Of a stretch of DNA of 64,000 nucleotides, positions 31,976 to 42,120 are shown piece after piece. Every line of letters starts with the position of its first letter. Position 1 is the first letter of the stretch. A program made the translations under genes and the position numbers. The DNA lies in IMG/VR virus record IMGVR_UViG_3300034062_000507. The stretch is one strand, 5' to 3'. The notes beneath the pieces were generated by a model that saw only the letters and a list, made by a program, of their open reading frames with translations, did no database searches and was not told where the DNA came from. This stretch comes from an uncultured virus (IMG/VR IMGVR_UViG_3300034062_000507). Lineage: Duplodnaviria > Heunggongvirae > Uroviricota > Caudoviricetes.

Positions 31976-34831
31976 ATGTTAAAACAATTCTACGAGAAAG
32001 CATTGCCTACGCAGGGTGTCTATTGCATTACCAGCATTGGGACCGACAAGAAGGTCTCAAACAAATTTGCCGAGACACTTGATGGCGTATTTGAACAGAT
32101 CGAGAAGTTCAAATCAAAACAGCTGAACACATTCGTCGCACTGGGGACGTTCGACGGATACAGCAGAAAAGCAGACGACTGCCTCTTCGTGCGGTCATTC
32201 TTTATTGACTTAGATGTTGGTACAGGCAAAGACTATCAATCCAAGGGCGACGCACACACGGCGCTCTACAAACTAGTCGGGGAGACTGGGCTACCTGACC
32301 CAGTAGTGATTGACTCAGGTGGCGGGGTCCACGCCTACTGGATCATGGATGAAGACATCCCGCGAGATGAGTGGAAGCCTATCGCTGAGAAATTCAAAGC
32401 GTTGTGTCTCCAGCACATATCTATTGACCCAGTGGTTACAGCAGATGCCGCGCGTATCATGCGCGCACCTGAAACGCTCAATTACAAGACCGATCCGCCA
32501 GAGCCAACGTCAGTCGTCAGCGATGAGATTCACGTCTATAGCTGGGGCGAGTTTAGAGAGTTTTTTGGCGTAGAGGCGGCAACACCCGCAGTGCCGCAAA
32601 CGCAGGAGGAGCTTGACGCTGAAGACATCCTTGCAAGCATACCCAAGGGCGTTGATGAGGACACCAAAGCAATCCTGAAGTTGGACAACTTTGCAAAAAC
32701 ATTTGAGGTACTGGCACAAAAGAGTGTCGATGATGAAGGTGGCTGCGCACAGATTAAATACATCTGCGAGAACGCCGCCGCATTAGAAGAGCCGTTGTGG
32801 TTCGCAGGGTTATCCATCGCCAAGTTCTGCGATGACGGTGCGACTGCTATCCATGAGTTATCTAACCCAGACCCAAGATACAACTATGAAGATACAGAAG
32901 ACAAGGCAAGTCGCTTTCCTGCTCCGAGAACCTGCGAGTGGTTCATTGATAACTACTCCAGCCGATGCGATGGATGTAGGCACAGAGGAAAGATCACAAG
33001 CCCAATCGTACTGGGCAGACAGTTCAAGCCAGCCCCCGCGACAAATAAAGAGGACGCAGTTCGGGAAGTCACGGATACCCAAAAAATTCCTGATTTCCCA
33101 GACTACCTGTACCCCTTCGTCCGTGGAGTAAACGGCGGCATCTACTTTGTCCCCCCTCCCAAAATTGACAAGAAGGGTGCTAAGCATCAAGATGACCCAA
33201 TTCTGATTCTCTCTAGCGACCTCTACCCACTGACGCGCATGATCAGCCCACACGATGGCGAGTGCTTGCAGATGCGGTATGAGTTGCCACACGACGGGTT
33301 CCGTGACTTCTTGCTTCCAATGAAAAGCGTCTACGCGAAGGAAGCGTTCAAAGCGATCACGACCAGCAATGGCGTATTGTTCTCATCAATACACGACCAA
33401 CACCTTATGAACTACATCATCAAATGGGGGCAGTACCTCCAGACGACTGACAAGGCGCTACAGATGCGCATGCAGATGGGATGGACGGAAGAGCGCACTG
33501 CTGACAACGCCAACTGGGACAAGCGCAGCTTTGTTATTGGCAAGAAAGAGTACACGATATCAGGAGAAGTCATTGACGCGCCGTCATCGCCGTTTGTTCG
33601 CGGGCTGTCTAAGCACCTGACGCAAGCTGGTACGTTTGCGCGTTGGCGTGAGTCGATGGACTATCTGAACAAGCCAGAGTTTGAGCTACATGCCTTCGCA
33701 TCCATGTGCGGGTTCGGCTCTCCACTGATGCCGTACACGTCAACCTCTGGTGTGACTGTGAGTCTTACTGGGCGCTCTGGCAACGCCAAGACGGGCGCTA
33801 TGTACGCAGGCTTGAGCATCTTTGGACACCCCAAAGACTTGAGCATCGTGAAAGCCACCGACAACGGCTTGACTGGTCGATACCTTGGCCTGCACAGCTT
33901 GATGTTTGGGCTTGATGAGGTGGGCGACAAGAAACCTGAGGAGTTGGGGCAGTTGATTCACAACGTGTCTCACGGCAAGGCCAAGGTTCGTATGCAGGGT
34001 TCAGTCAACGCCGAGCGTGAGTACGAGATGTCTGCGTCACTGATTGCTATGCTGACTAACAATCACTCTGTGTACGGCAAGCTCGATGCGTTGAAGGCCA
34101 ACCCCGATGGCGAAGCTGCTCGTGTGATTGAGTTCTTAATCCACAGACCTAGCCTGCTCAACGAAGATGGCAAGATGGGCAAGTACATCTTTGACGCATT
34201 CCGCTTCAACTACGGCCATGCAGGCCCGATGTACATCAGGGAGATTCTGCTTGGCGGCGACAACTACGTGCTGGACAACATCGCTAAGTGGGACGAGAAG
34301 TTTCAGAAAGACTTTGGTTCGTATGCTGAGTACCGCTTCTATCAGAACTTGATTGGGGCATCGTTTGGCGGCGCGTCTATTGCCAACGAACACGGCATCA
34401 CAGGCTACAACCTTGATCGCATCTACCACCAGACTGTGTTGGCAATGATTGAGATCAGGGACAAGGTCGTGAAGGTTAACCGCACAGACTACCCGTCCCT
34501 CCTTGGCGACTTCATCAACAAGAACATGGGCAACATACTTGTGCTTAAAGACGGCAAGGTCACGATGGAGCCGCGCGGCCAGCTTGTAGGACGCATCGTC
34601 AGTGAAGAAGGTCTCTTGCAAGTATCGAAGACTGAGTTCAAGAAGTTTTTGGCGGAGCGCCAAGTGAGCTTACGTGAGTTCGAGTTTGATATGCGGGATA
34701 AGAAGATTCTTGTAGACGACAAGAAGGGACGCCTCACTACTGGGTGGAAGTCAGCAATCAGCGTCGACCCTGCATATCTCTATTGGTTCAAGACTGAGAT
34801 TCCCGGCGAGTGGTTCGATGAATCCCAGTGA
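31976..34831 (+). CDS. Primase-helicase (RepB/AEP-like primase plus DUF927-type NTPase)
   Basis: FIDLD and SGGGVHAYW primase motifs, Cys cluster (TC...CDGC), MGW DUF927-like segment, GRSGNAKT Walker A, LDE Walker B. Confidence 0.85.
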   Translation: MLKQFYEKALPTQGVYCITSIGTDKKVSNKFAETLDGVFEQIEKFKSKQLNTFVALGTFDGYSRKADDCLFVRSFFIDLDVGTGKDYQSKGDAHTALYKLVGETGLPDPVVIDSGGGVHAYWIMDEDIPRDEWKPIAEKFKALCLQHISIDPVVTADAARIMRAPETLNYKTDPPEPTSVVSDEIHVYSWGEFREFFGVEAATPAVPQTQEELDAEDILASIPKGVDEDTKAILKLDNFAKTFEVLAQKSVDDEGGCAQIKYICENAAALEEPLWFAGLSIAKFCDDGATAIHELSNPDPRYNYEDTEDKASRFPAPRTCEWFIDNYSSRCDGCRHRGKITSPIVLGRQFKPAPATNKEDAVREVTDTQKIPDFPDYLYPFVRGVNGGIYFVPPPKIDKKGAKHQDDPILILSSDLYPLTRMISPHDGECLQMRYELPHDGFRDFLLPMKSVYAKEAFKAITTSNGVLFSSIHDQHLMNYIIKWGQYLQTTDKALQMRMQMGWTEERTADNANWDKRSFVIGKKEYTISGEVIDAPSSPFVRGLSKHLTQAGTFARWRESMDYLNKPEFELHAFASMCGFGSPLMPYTSTSGVTVSLTGRSGNAKTGAMYAGLSIFGHPKDLSIVKATDNGLTGRYLGLHSLMFGLDEVGDKKPEELGQLIHNVSHGKAKVRMQGSVNAEREYEMSASLIAMLTNNHSVYGKLDALKANPDGEAARVIEFLIHRPSLLNEDGKMGKYIFDAFRFNYGHAGPMYIREILLGGDNYVLDNIAKWDEKFQKDFGSYAEYRFYQNLIGASFGGASIANEHGITGYNLDRIYHQTVLAMIEIRDKVVKVNRTDYPSLLGDFINKNMGNILVLKDGKVTMEPRGQLVGRIVSEEGLLQVSKTEFKKFLAERQVSLREFEFDMRDKKILVDDKKGRLTTGWKSAISVDPAYLYWFKTEIPGEWFDESQ

Positions 34832-35024
34832 CATCAAAGAGCCAGAGTGGATATTTCCATTTGATGCGATGGAGGTGGGGGAGAGTTTCTTCATCCCCAC
34901 CTTGCGTCCTGCCGAGATAATCTACGCCCTAGAAAGTGGGGCCAAGCGCGCCGAGGTGAGAGTCAAGTGCTATGTCACGCACAAAGACAACCACCTTGGA
35001 GTCCGCGCTTGGCGCATCCGTTAA
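34818..35024 (+). CDS. Small putative DNA-binding protein
   Basis: FPFDAMEVGESFFIP...GVRAWR pattern. Confidence 0.7.
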   Translation: MNPSDIKEPEWIFPFDAMEVGESFFIPTLRPAEIIYALESGAKRAEVRVKCYVTHKDNHLGVRAWRIR

Positions 35025-38000
35025 GGTTCCACACCCAGCGCTTTGAACTGCTCAACCATTTGGTACTTGAGCATGTTCTGCTCAAGCGTGATTGTTCTTA
35101 ATATCTGATCACGGTCTTTTGGACTCAGATACTTCATGGTACGAATCTCAGTAGCTTTTTGGCGAAGCTTGTCTAGCTCACCCTGCTTAGACTGGTACGC
35201 ATCAACAACACTTGGATACAAAGGATTCTTAGCAACATATAGCGCATGCTGAACAGGATCATCTTTTTTCATAGAGAAGAGGCGTTTGTCAATCTCTAAA
35301 ATCTTCTTCTCCACCTTGCCGTACTGACGTGAATCAACGTTGGTTTTAGCGCCAAAGAATGAGCCAAACAGTGGGATGTCATTCTTGGGGTTGAACTCTT
35401 TTTCACCTTTATCAAGATTGGCCCAGTTGTATGTAATCTCGCCAATTTTAGAGAGACCATCCAAGTAGCTATTAGCCAAGAAGTAGATAGTGTTTGGGCT
35501 GATGTTGCCGGGAACCCCAGCAAAGCCTTCACCATCTGTTGTTCTAAACCACCACTTTGCCGCGTCCTTGTAGATTTCAGGTATGCGGTCACTACCAGTA
35601 AACGCTTCGCCCATACGGCGTTGAGACGCGCTATTGATGGTTTGCCCGATACCGTTCATGTTTGAAATAAACTCAGTTAACGGCCTCATAACGCTAGGCA
35701 CGGTTGAGTCTATGAACCAATTTAGAGGCGACTCTGTAATTGGGATTTTAGATATCGGCAAAGGCAAGAACGAATCCAACATGATTGTCCCCATGATGTT
35801 TCCGAGACCTTCTTTGATGGGCACGTTGCCGGTGACCATACCGGCGATCTGCGCACCCGTTGCAGCAAACGCGCCCAAGCCAAAGCCCCAAGGAATTTGG
35901 AACACAACGTTTTTGCCTAGCCCAAGCTGCTGTGACACTTCGTCTGGAATATGGAAACGCGCAAAGCGAGTCCACTGCTCCATGTTGTCAGTCTTGGTAT
36001 TGTTGCGGCCCCACTCATCGTCTGGCGCTCCCAACATAGACAGCAAGTAAAGGCCTATGCCAGCGCTTGTTAGCGCGCCGACCATGATCTGCGCATACAT
36101 GCGTTCTTTTTTAAAGTTCTCGATGTACTTAGCTTTAGCCGCCGCATCGTTTGCGATCTGCGGGGGCAGGTCAGCTTCTTCAATTTTTTCACTAGTGAAA
36201 GCAGGCATCACCGCTTCGATTGCACGGACAGCGCCCGTGGCAGCAGGGCGAATAAACATGTACGCCGCGCCTAACTCACGACCCTTCTCGCCAACCTTCT
36301 CAAAGTTAGCGAGGTTCTTAACGAACGCAGCGGCTTCTGTTGCAGCGGCGCGCTCCGCCGGAGACATCTGGCCTTGCGGCCCTTTGGCGTTGGACATACC
36401 TTCTTTGATGTTCTTCGCCAAAGCTCTATCTTTGTAGATGGTGTATGCGGCAGTGCGGCCTGTGAACTCGAACATGTTGTTCCAAGTGTCAATCAACCTA
36501 CCCGCATCTTCTAGGTTAGTGATGATCTTAGAACGACCAATAGTATTCTTGCTGAGCTGCTCAAGGTTCGATTTCAACGAGAAGCCTTGCAGATACGTTG
36601 TCTTGCCGCCAAAGCGCAGGTACTCAAGCATGTCTCTTACGAATGGGTCACGAGCAGCATCGAGCAGCATCTTCTTGCTGGCTGCATCGCCCTTCTCCTC
36701 CAGCAGCGCAACCTGCATCGCCTTGCCTAAACCGTTCTTGACGATCTGGGCGCTGACAGAACCCAAATACTGCGCGGCAGCTACTGGACCCATCTGGCGG
36801 CTAGCGCCAATAGTCCATGCGTTGGTCAACGTATCGCGCACAAAGTTAAGCGGCGCAAAGTTGTAGTTGTAGCGCGTGTGCATCGCGCCAAAGAAACCAG
36901 TTATGGAGTTTGCAAGGTCTAGCAACGGGGATGCGTCACGGAAAGTGTAGCGCAGCGCGTTCAGAATCTTTGGGTCTCTGATACGAATGATGTCTACAGA
37001 ACCATCGGCGTTGTAATGGAAGATGTTTGCGCCACCTTTGTACTTCGACATGTCGGTGGTGTTGCGCTCTTCAAATTTAATTGTGTTGATGACTTCGCCG
37101 GGGAGCACGTCCGTGCCCGTAGGGTTGTATTTGTTTGGCTTAAGAGCATTCTTGATCGCCTGCGTGTAGTTACGGCGGCCCGCGCGGCCCGCTGATCTGT
37201 ATGCGTCGTTAATCAACTGCAAGATAGGATTGTCAGAGGTCTTGAACCGGCCATCCGCTGCATGCTCTTGTTCTTGCAGTTCTTTACCGTGACTGTCAGG
37301 GTCGACTAGCTCGTCGCTCTTGCTGTGCTTAGACAGACCTTTGAACGGCATGTAGTATTGGTAGTTGTACATGCCTACCAGATTGGACACAGGCGACGAC
37401 CAGTAGTTACCGATCTGGTTAAGCTCCGCTGTGGCGTCGCTCAGCGTTTTAGATTCGGCAAGAATCTTCTCAATGGCCGCGCGCTCTTCTGGACTCTTAG
37501 CCTTATATTCCGCCATGCGTTTATTTACCGTGGCCTGCTCAATACCAAGCACGTTGTAAATCGGCGCGTCCATGTTGATGTCGATACCTTTGTGCTTCGA
37601 CCCCGGCTTTGCAAAACGCTTGCGCATTTCTTCAGTGATGCGTGGGCTATCGCCCATTGGGTCAGCGTGACCGCCATCTTTTGGCGCTTTAGCAAGGGTT
37701 GATAGTTCTTGCCACAGCGCCTGCCTCTGCTGTTGGGTCAATTCGACTTTGTGAATCAAACCGGGAGTGCCGTTGCGTTGGTCACCAAGAATGGCGATGC
37801 GTCGTTCAGCCGCGCTAATAGGCTTGCCGTTTTGCATCAGGTTTTGTGTCTTGCTGAGAGGCACGGAAGTAACCCACTTAGCCATGCGGCGCTCTGGCTC
37901 GTGGAACATCTCCACAATTTTATGGAACTCGGTCAGCGCCTCGTCGGTTTTCTTGTCAGTCAACTTAATCCACTCTTGGAAAGATTGACGCACGTTATCC

Positions 38001-41000
38001 AACGGCTCTTGCAAGTAGTCGGTCAAGAACTGACGTGCTTCGCCTGTAGACAGATCGCCTTGTTCTTCCCAGTTGTTGAACGTGCCGGACATGTCACGGT
38101 TGATCTTGCCTGCTCTATCAAGCTTGGTGAACAGGCTACGTGACGCATAGCTCTTGTCCTGCACTACACGAGTGATGTTTCTCCAACCTTCACGGGTAGT
38201 GAACATCTTGTAGAACGCGGAGGTTTGCTTAGTCGGATTCTCACGCTCACTCAACTTGTATGAATCATCTTTGTCATACAGCCCAGACTCGCGGAACTCT
38301 TCCGCCTGTTTAGGCGCTGCGGCAGGAGCCGCACCCTTCTTGCCTTTAGGCGTTACTGCCGGTAGTAATGGGAGGTAGATCGGCTCAGTTGGCTTGACGA
38401 GGATGTCTTCAAACGCCGCTGCAATCTCCATCACGTAGTTAATGTCCGCAGCTTTGTCTAATTTTCCGCTTCTTGTCAAATAGGTATTACGTACTTTAAG
38501 GATGCCCGCAATTGCCATTTTAAATTTAGACCATTTTGATCTAGACTCAGGCAAATTTTTGCGAATTTCTTCTGGGCTATAAGTCCATGCATACGGCACT
38601 TTGGGAGGTACTTTATCCACAGAGCGCTGCAAACGACTTACATCAGCTTCGTCCTGTAAATCTTTTTGGAACTGATCGCTGGTCAATGCATAGGACACAA
38701 ACTCAAACAAGTCTTTATACGCATCAGGATGGTCCGCTTCAAGTGAACCCCGAGTCTCTTCCATGATCCGCTCTAACTGGCGGATACTGTTCAACTGCAA
38801 CTGAGACAAGGAGCCTCTGTTACCGTACAAATACTCGTTGATGACTTTGACCGTGCCAGCGTGGACGATCTCGTGCAGGATTGTGTTGACGCTCAAACCT
38901 TCTCGGGACACATAAATAATGTCTTTGGCCGGATCGTACTGCGCCAGGTCGCCGTCAATATCTTTAGACTCAACAATTACAATCTTGGTGTTGAGCTTCA
39001 TGGCGTAGAGAGATTCCGCCACTGCCTTCATGATCCGTTTAGTAGGCGATGCATTAATGCCCAACTTAACTTCGCTCATGTACTTCAAAACGCCCTGCAA
39101 GTCATTGTTCATGACCATCTGGATGACGTTACTAGGCAAGGTACTACCAGACCCTTTGGTGCGGTCAATATCTTCACGAGCTTTACGGTCTCGTTCCTGT
39201 TGCGCTTCCGATTCTTTGCGCACCTGCTCTTGGCGGTCAATGATGTTCTGCTTCTCGCGCTTCTCGCCCTCAGTCAACTGACTGTTGTCTTGAGCAAGCT
39301 GATTAGCGAGTTTTCTAAAAGCAATAGTCTGCTGCGCGCCTGCCAGCGTAGGCGCAGTTTTAGACTTTTTTGTCAGCCCCAATGTTTCCAAGAAGATGTT
39401 TTTTTGCTCTTTGGTCAATTTGGGCCAGCTTGGAAGCTCTATGCCAAACATCTTGCTGTAATCGCTGCGGCCTTCTTCGTATTGGTTGACGGCGCGACGC
39501 TGCTCAGCAGTAAGCTGCTCCTTGTTACTGCCGCCTGTTTTCTGTAGATACGCTTGTAAAGCTGCGGCGGCTTTTTGGTGTTCACGCCTGCTACTACCAA
39601 ACGTTCTCTTGCCGTTGACCAACGGACCAGCCGAGATGTTGCCAAAGTAAACGTCTTTATAGTCGGCAGCAAATTTCTTTGAGTACTCAGGCAGCTCACG
39701 CTGGACAGGACCGTGTTCTTCCAGCGCATCTTCTGCGGCATTTACCGCTTTAAACGCCGCATCTTCTTCCGTGCCCGCTTTTGCTTGATCATATGCGTCA
39801 ATAGCAGCCTCATATGCAGCAACAAGCTCGTTACGTTTCTCATTCGCGGCTTTAACCTGTGGGTTAATTTCTTCCCGCATCTCGTTGTACAACTGCTGAT
39901 CGCCTTCGCTGATATCGTAATCAGGAATAGTTCTAGCCTTGCCCTTTTCGTCAGTCAAAGACTCTTTGTACGCTTGCACGCGCTCTCGATCTAGCGCTAC
40001 GCCGGTTGCTTCTTCGCCTTCCACCGCATACGGCAGGTCGCCTTCTTCCAAGAAATCTTTTTCAACGCTTTTAGTCTCGCGGCGCGCAGACAATGTACCT
40101 GTGACGCCCTGCTTAGCCAGAAAACTATTGAGAAAACGTTTTTCCTTGGAGGCGTCCCTATTGTCCATTTCAATCTCTGCAATAAGAGCTTGACGACGCG
40201 CGACTTCTGCCTGCACTTCAGGAGACAGGTCCTCAATCTTCTTAGGCGTTACTGCTGTTCCGGCAGCTGGTCCGGCAGCTGGTGCTTCTTGTTTTTTCGT
40301 TTCTGTTTGCTGGGTTTCAGAGGTCGCAGGGCCACTTGGAGTTCCTTGAGGTGGTAGAGATTTAATAAAGGTGTCGACGCTGGTAGCAAGCTCTGGCGTA
40401 CTACCGTATTTAGTGACCAGCTCCGCAGGGGTAACGCCATCTTGCAGCTCGTCAGTGATAAGGCGTTGCGTGCCAGCGTTCAGTGCAGCGGGCTGTGCGC
40501 CTGCTCCACCCAGATTTGGTTGAGCAACTGCTCCAGTAGATACCATTCCACCGGGTTGAGGTCCTCCAGCCCCTGCGGCGGGCTGAGCTGGAGCGGCGAG
40601 TGTATCCACTCCAGCGCCTGTTCCACCTGCGTCGATGTTAGTTCCTGTAGCATCGGGTGCTCCTTGTTGTGCAAGATGCGCTTTAACCGCCGCAACTGAG
40701 CGGCCTAAATAACCTTCTCCTTTTTCGGGAGGAGTAATGCCTAAATTCTTCATCAATGCATTTACCTGCATTGTGTTTGGCTTTTTAGTGCCAGCATCCA
40801 GCGCCTGCACATAGTCAGCGGCGGCTTCAACAGTGTCTAGCGCGACGCCTGTTGTCTTAGGTTTCTTAGCCTTAGTCTCGGCGGGCGGCGCAGCGGTTTC
40901 AGTAACGTCTGGTTTAGTAACGCCAGCAACAAGAGGAGCACCTGCCGCGTCGGAAGCAGGCATCAGTAGGTCAGCATTCTCTTGGCTGAAGCCAACGCCA

Positions 41001-42118
41001 GCGCGTTGTTGTTCTTCTTTGGCAGTGGTGAATTGGCCAGAGATATTGCCACCCTTAGTAGCATCTTCAGCCAACTCGCGTCTAGCTTTAGCCGCTTCGC
41101 GCCCACCTGTCACAGCCCCCATACCAAGACCAGCAAGACCTTCCAACGTGCCTTGACCAACTACGCCACGCATCGTAGGGACATCAAGACCTTCGCGCTG
41201 CAATGCGATGTTCTGCGCCAACTGTTCTTGCGCGCCTTGGGGGAATTCAGTGGCAAGCTCTTTACCGGCTGTAATAGCGCCTTGCTTGACCACACCACGC
41301 TCAGCGGCAAGGGCGGTTTCTTTTATGGCGTTCTGTTTAACGGCCTCTTTAGTGGCTTCCTTAGTCGCAATCCCTTTGGCAAGCTGCCGCGCAAGGGCCG
41401 GTTCAACACCTGTCCGAGCACCAATCGTACCTATCGCAGCCCCCATCAAAATCTGATCCAAGTTTTGGCCGCCGTACTCTTGCGCAAGAACCGCGCGGGC
41501 TTCAATCTCCTTGGGAGACATTTTGGTGTTCTCGGCAAGCGCTTGTTTAGTGGCTTCGTAGATAGAGCCTTTGACCGTACCCGCACCCATCAATGCGCCT
41601 ACAGCGCTAGTAACACCCAAACCAACTAAAGCAGGAGCACTAGCAAGCGTAGTCATCAATCCAGCAGCAATAGCAGGGGCGCTAGTACCAAGCGCACTGG
41701 CAAGCATATCCACAGGCGCAACGGAGAACGCTTTGGCTCCAGCTACGACCTGTTCGAGAACGCCCTTATCTTCCGCTTCCTTCATGATGCGGCTGATCTC
41801 TTTGCTGTCCTTCTTGGACTGCGCGCTATACAGACCGGCGATGTAGTCTTCTACGCCCCGCAAGTTCTGGCCCACGCCACTGTCCGCACCAAAGGCGTCA
41901 GCGATCATGCGGACACCAGTTACTACGCCGGAACCGACCTTGAGCGGTACGTCAGCAGCTTGCCGCAGGAGCGGGATCATCTCCTTGTCTTCTGTAGGAG
42001 CAGGAGCCGCAGCTTTAGGCGCTTCTTTGGGCTTTACGTCAAACTGATCAAAGAAGTTTCCAGATGGCTCTTTTTCTTTTTCACTAACAGTATCAAACTG
42101 GTCGAAAAAATTAGCCAT
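35021..42118 (-). CDS. Giant internal virion / ejection protein with zincin motif and LPD38-like C-terminus
   Basis: 2365 aa; NFFDQFD twice at the N-terminus, Gly/Ala hydrophobic helices, TILHEIVH...EF zincin motif; last gene of the tail operon. Confidence 0.75.
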   Translation of the reverse strand: MANFFDQFDTVSEKEKEPSGNFFDQFDVKPKEAPKAAAPAPTEDKEMIPLLRQAADVPLKVGSGVVTGVRMIADAFGADSGVGQNLRGVEDYIAGLYSAQSKKDSKEISRIMKEAEDKGVLEQVVAGAKAFSVAPVDMLASALGTSAPAIAAGLMTTLASAPALVGLGVTSAVGALMGAGTVKGSIYEATKQALAENTKMSPKEIEARAVLAQEYGGQNLDQILMGAAIGTIGARTGVEPALARQLAKGIATKEATKEAVKQNAIKETALAAERGVVKQGAITAGKELATEFPQGAQEQLAQNIALQREGLDVPTMRGVVGQGTLEGLAGLGMGAVTGGREAAKARRELAEDATKGGNISGQFTTAKEEQQRAGVGFSQENADLLMPASDAAGAPLVAGVTKPDVTETAAPPAETKAKKPKTTGVALDTVEAAADYVQALDAGTKKPNTMQVNALMKNLGITPPEKGEGYLGRSVAAVKAHLAQQGAPDATGTNIDAGGTGAGVDTLAAPAQPAAGAGGPQPGGMVSTGAVAQPNLGGAGAQPAALNAGTQRLITDELQDGVTPAELVTKYGSTPELATSVDTFIKSLPPQGTPSGPATSETQQTETKKQEAPAAGPAAGTAVTPKKIEDLSPEVQAEVARRQALIAEIEMDNRDASKEKRFLNSFLAKQGVTGTLSARRETKSVEKDFLEEGDLPYAVEGEEATGVALDRERVQAYKESLTDEKGKARTIPDYDISEGDQQLYNEMREEINPQVKAANEKRNELVAAYEAAIDAYDQAKAGTEEDAAFKAVNAAEDALEEHGPVQRELPEYSKKFAADYKDVYFGNISAGPLVNGKRTFGSSRREHQKAAAALQAYLQKTGGSNKEQLTAEQRRAVNQYEEGRSDYSKMFGIELPSWPKLTKEQKNIFLETLGLTKKSKTAPTLAGAQQTIAFRKLANQLAQDNSQLTEGEKREKQNIIDRQEQVRKESEAQQERDRKAREDIDRTKGSGSTLPSNVIQMVMNNDLQGVLKYMSEVKLGINASPTKRIMKAVAESLYAMKLNTKIVIVESKDIDGDLAQYDPAKDIIYVSREGLSVNTILHEIVHAGTVKVINEYLYGNRGSLSQLQLNSIRQLERIMEETRGSLEADHPDAYKDLFEFVSYALTSDQFQKDLQDEADVSRLQRSVDKVPPKVPYAWTYSPEEIRKNLPESRSKWSKFKMAIAGILKVRNTYLTRSGKLDKAADINYVMEIAAAFEDILVKPTEPIYLPLLPAVTPKGKKGAAPAAAPKQAEEFRESGLYDKDDSYKLSERENPTKQTSAFYKMFTTREGWRNITRVVQDKSYASRSLFTKLDRAGKINRDMSGTFNNWEEQGDLSTGEARQFLTDYLQEPLDNVRQSFQEWIKLTDKKTDEALTEFHKIVEMFHEPERRMAKWVTSVPLSKTQNLMQNGKPISAAERRIAILGDQRNGTPGLIHKVELTQQQRQALWQELSTLAKAPKDGGHADPMGDSPRITEEMRKRFAKPGSKHKGIDINMDAPIYNVLGIEQATVNKRMAEYKAKSPEERAAIEKILAESKTLSDATAELNQIGNYWSSPVSNLVGMYNYQYYMPFKGLSKHSKSDELVDPDSHGKELQEQEHAADGRFKTSDNPILQLINDAYRSAGRAGRRNYTQAIKNALKPNKYNPTGTDVLPGEVINTIKFEERNTTDMSKYKGGANIFHYNADGSVDIIRIRDPKILNALRYTFRDASPLLDLANSITGFFGAMHTRYNYNFAPLNFVRDTLTNAWTIGASRQMGPVAAAQYLGSVSAQIVKNGLGKAMQVALLEEKGDAASKKMLLDAARDPFVRDMLEYLRFGGKTTYLQGFSLKSNLEQLSKNTIGRSKIITNLEDAGRLIDTWNNMFEFTGRTAAYTIYKDRALAKNIKEGMSNAKGPQGQMSPAERAAATEAAAFVKNLANFEKVGEKGRELGAAYMFIRPAATGAVRAIEAVMPAFTSEKIEEADLPPQIANDAAAKAKYIENFKKERMYAQIMVGALTSAGIGLYLLSMLGAPDDEWGRNNTKTDNMEQWTRFARFHIPDEVSQQLGLGKNVVFQIPWGFGLGAFAATGAQIAGMVTGNVPIKEGLGNIMGTIMLDSFLPLPISKIPITESPLNWFIDSTVPSVMRPLTEFISNMNGIGQTINSASQRRMGEAFTGSDRIPEIYKDAAKWWFRTTDGEGFAGVPGNISPNTIYFLANSYLDGLSKIGEITYNWANLDKGEKEFNPKNDIPLFGSFFGAKTNVDSRQYGKVEKKILEIDKRLFSMKKDDPVQHALYVAKNPLYPSVVDAYQSKQGELDKLRQKATEIRTMKYLSPKDRDQILRTITLEQNMLKYQMVEQFKALGVEP

Positions 42119-42120
42119 TT

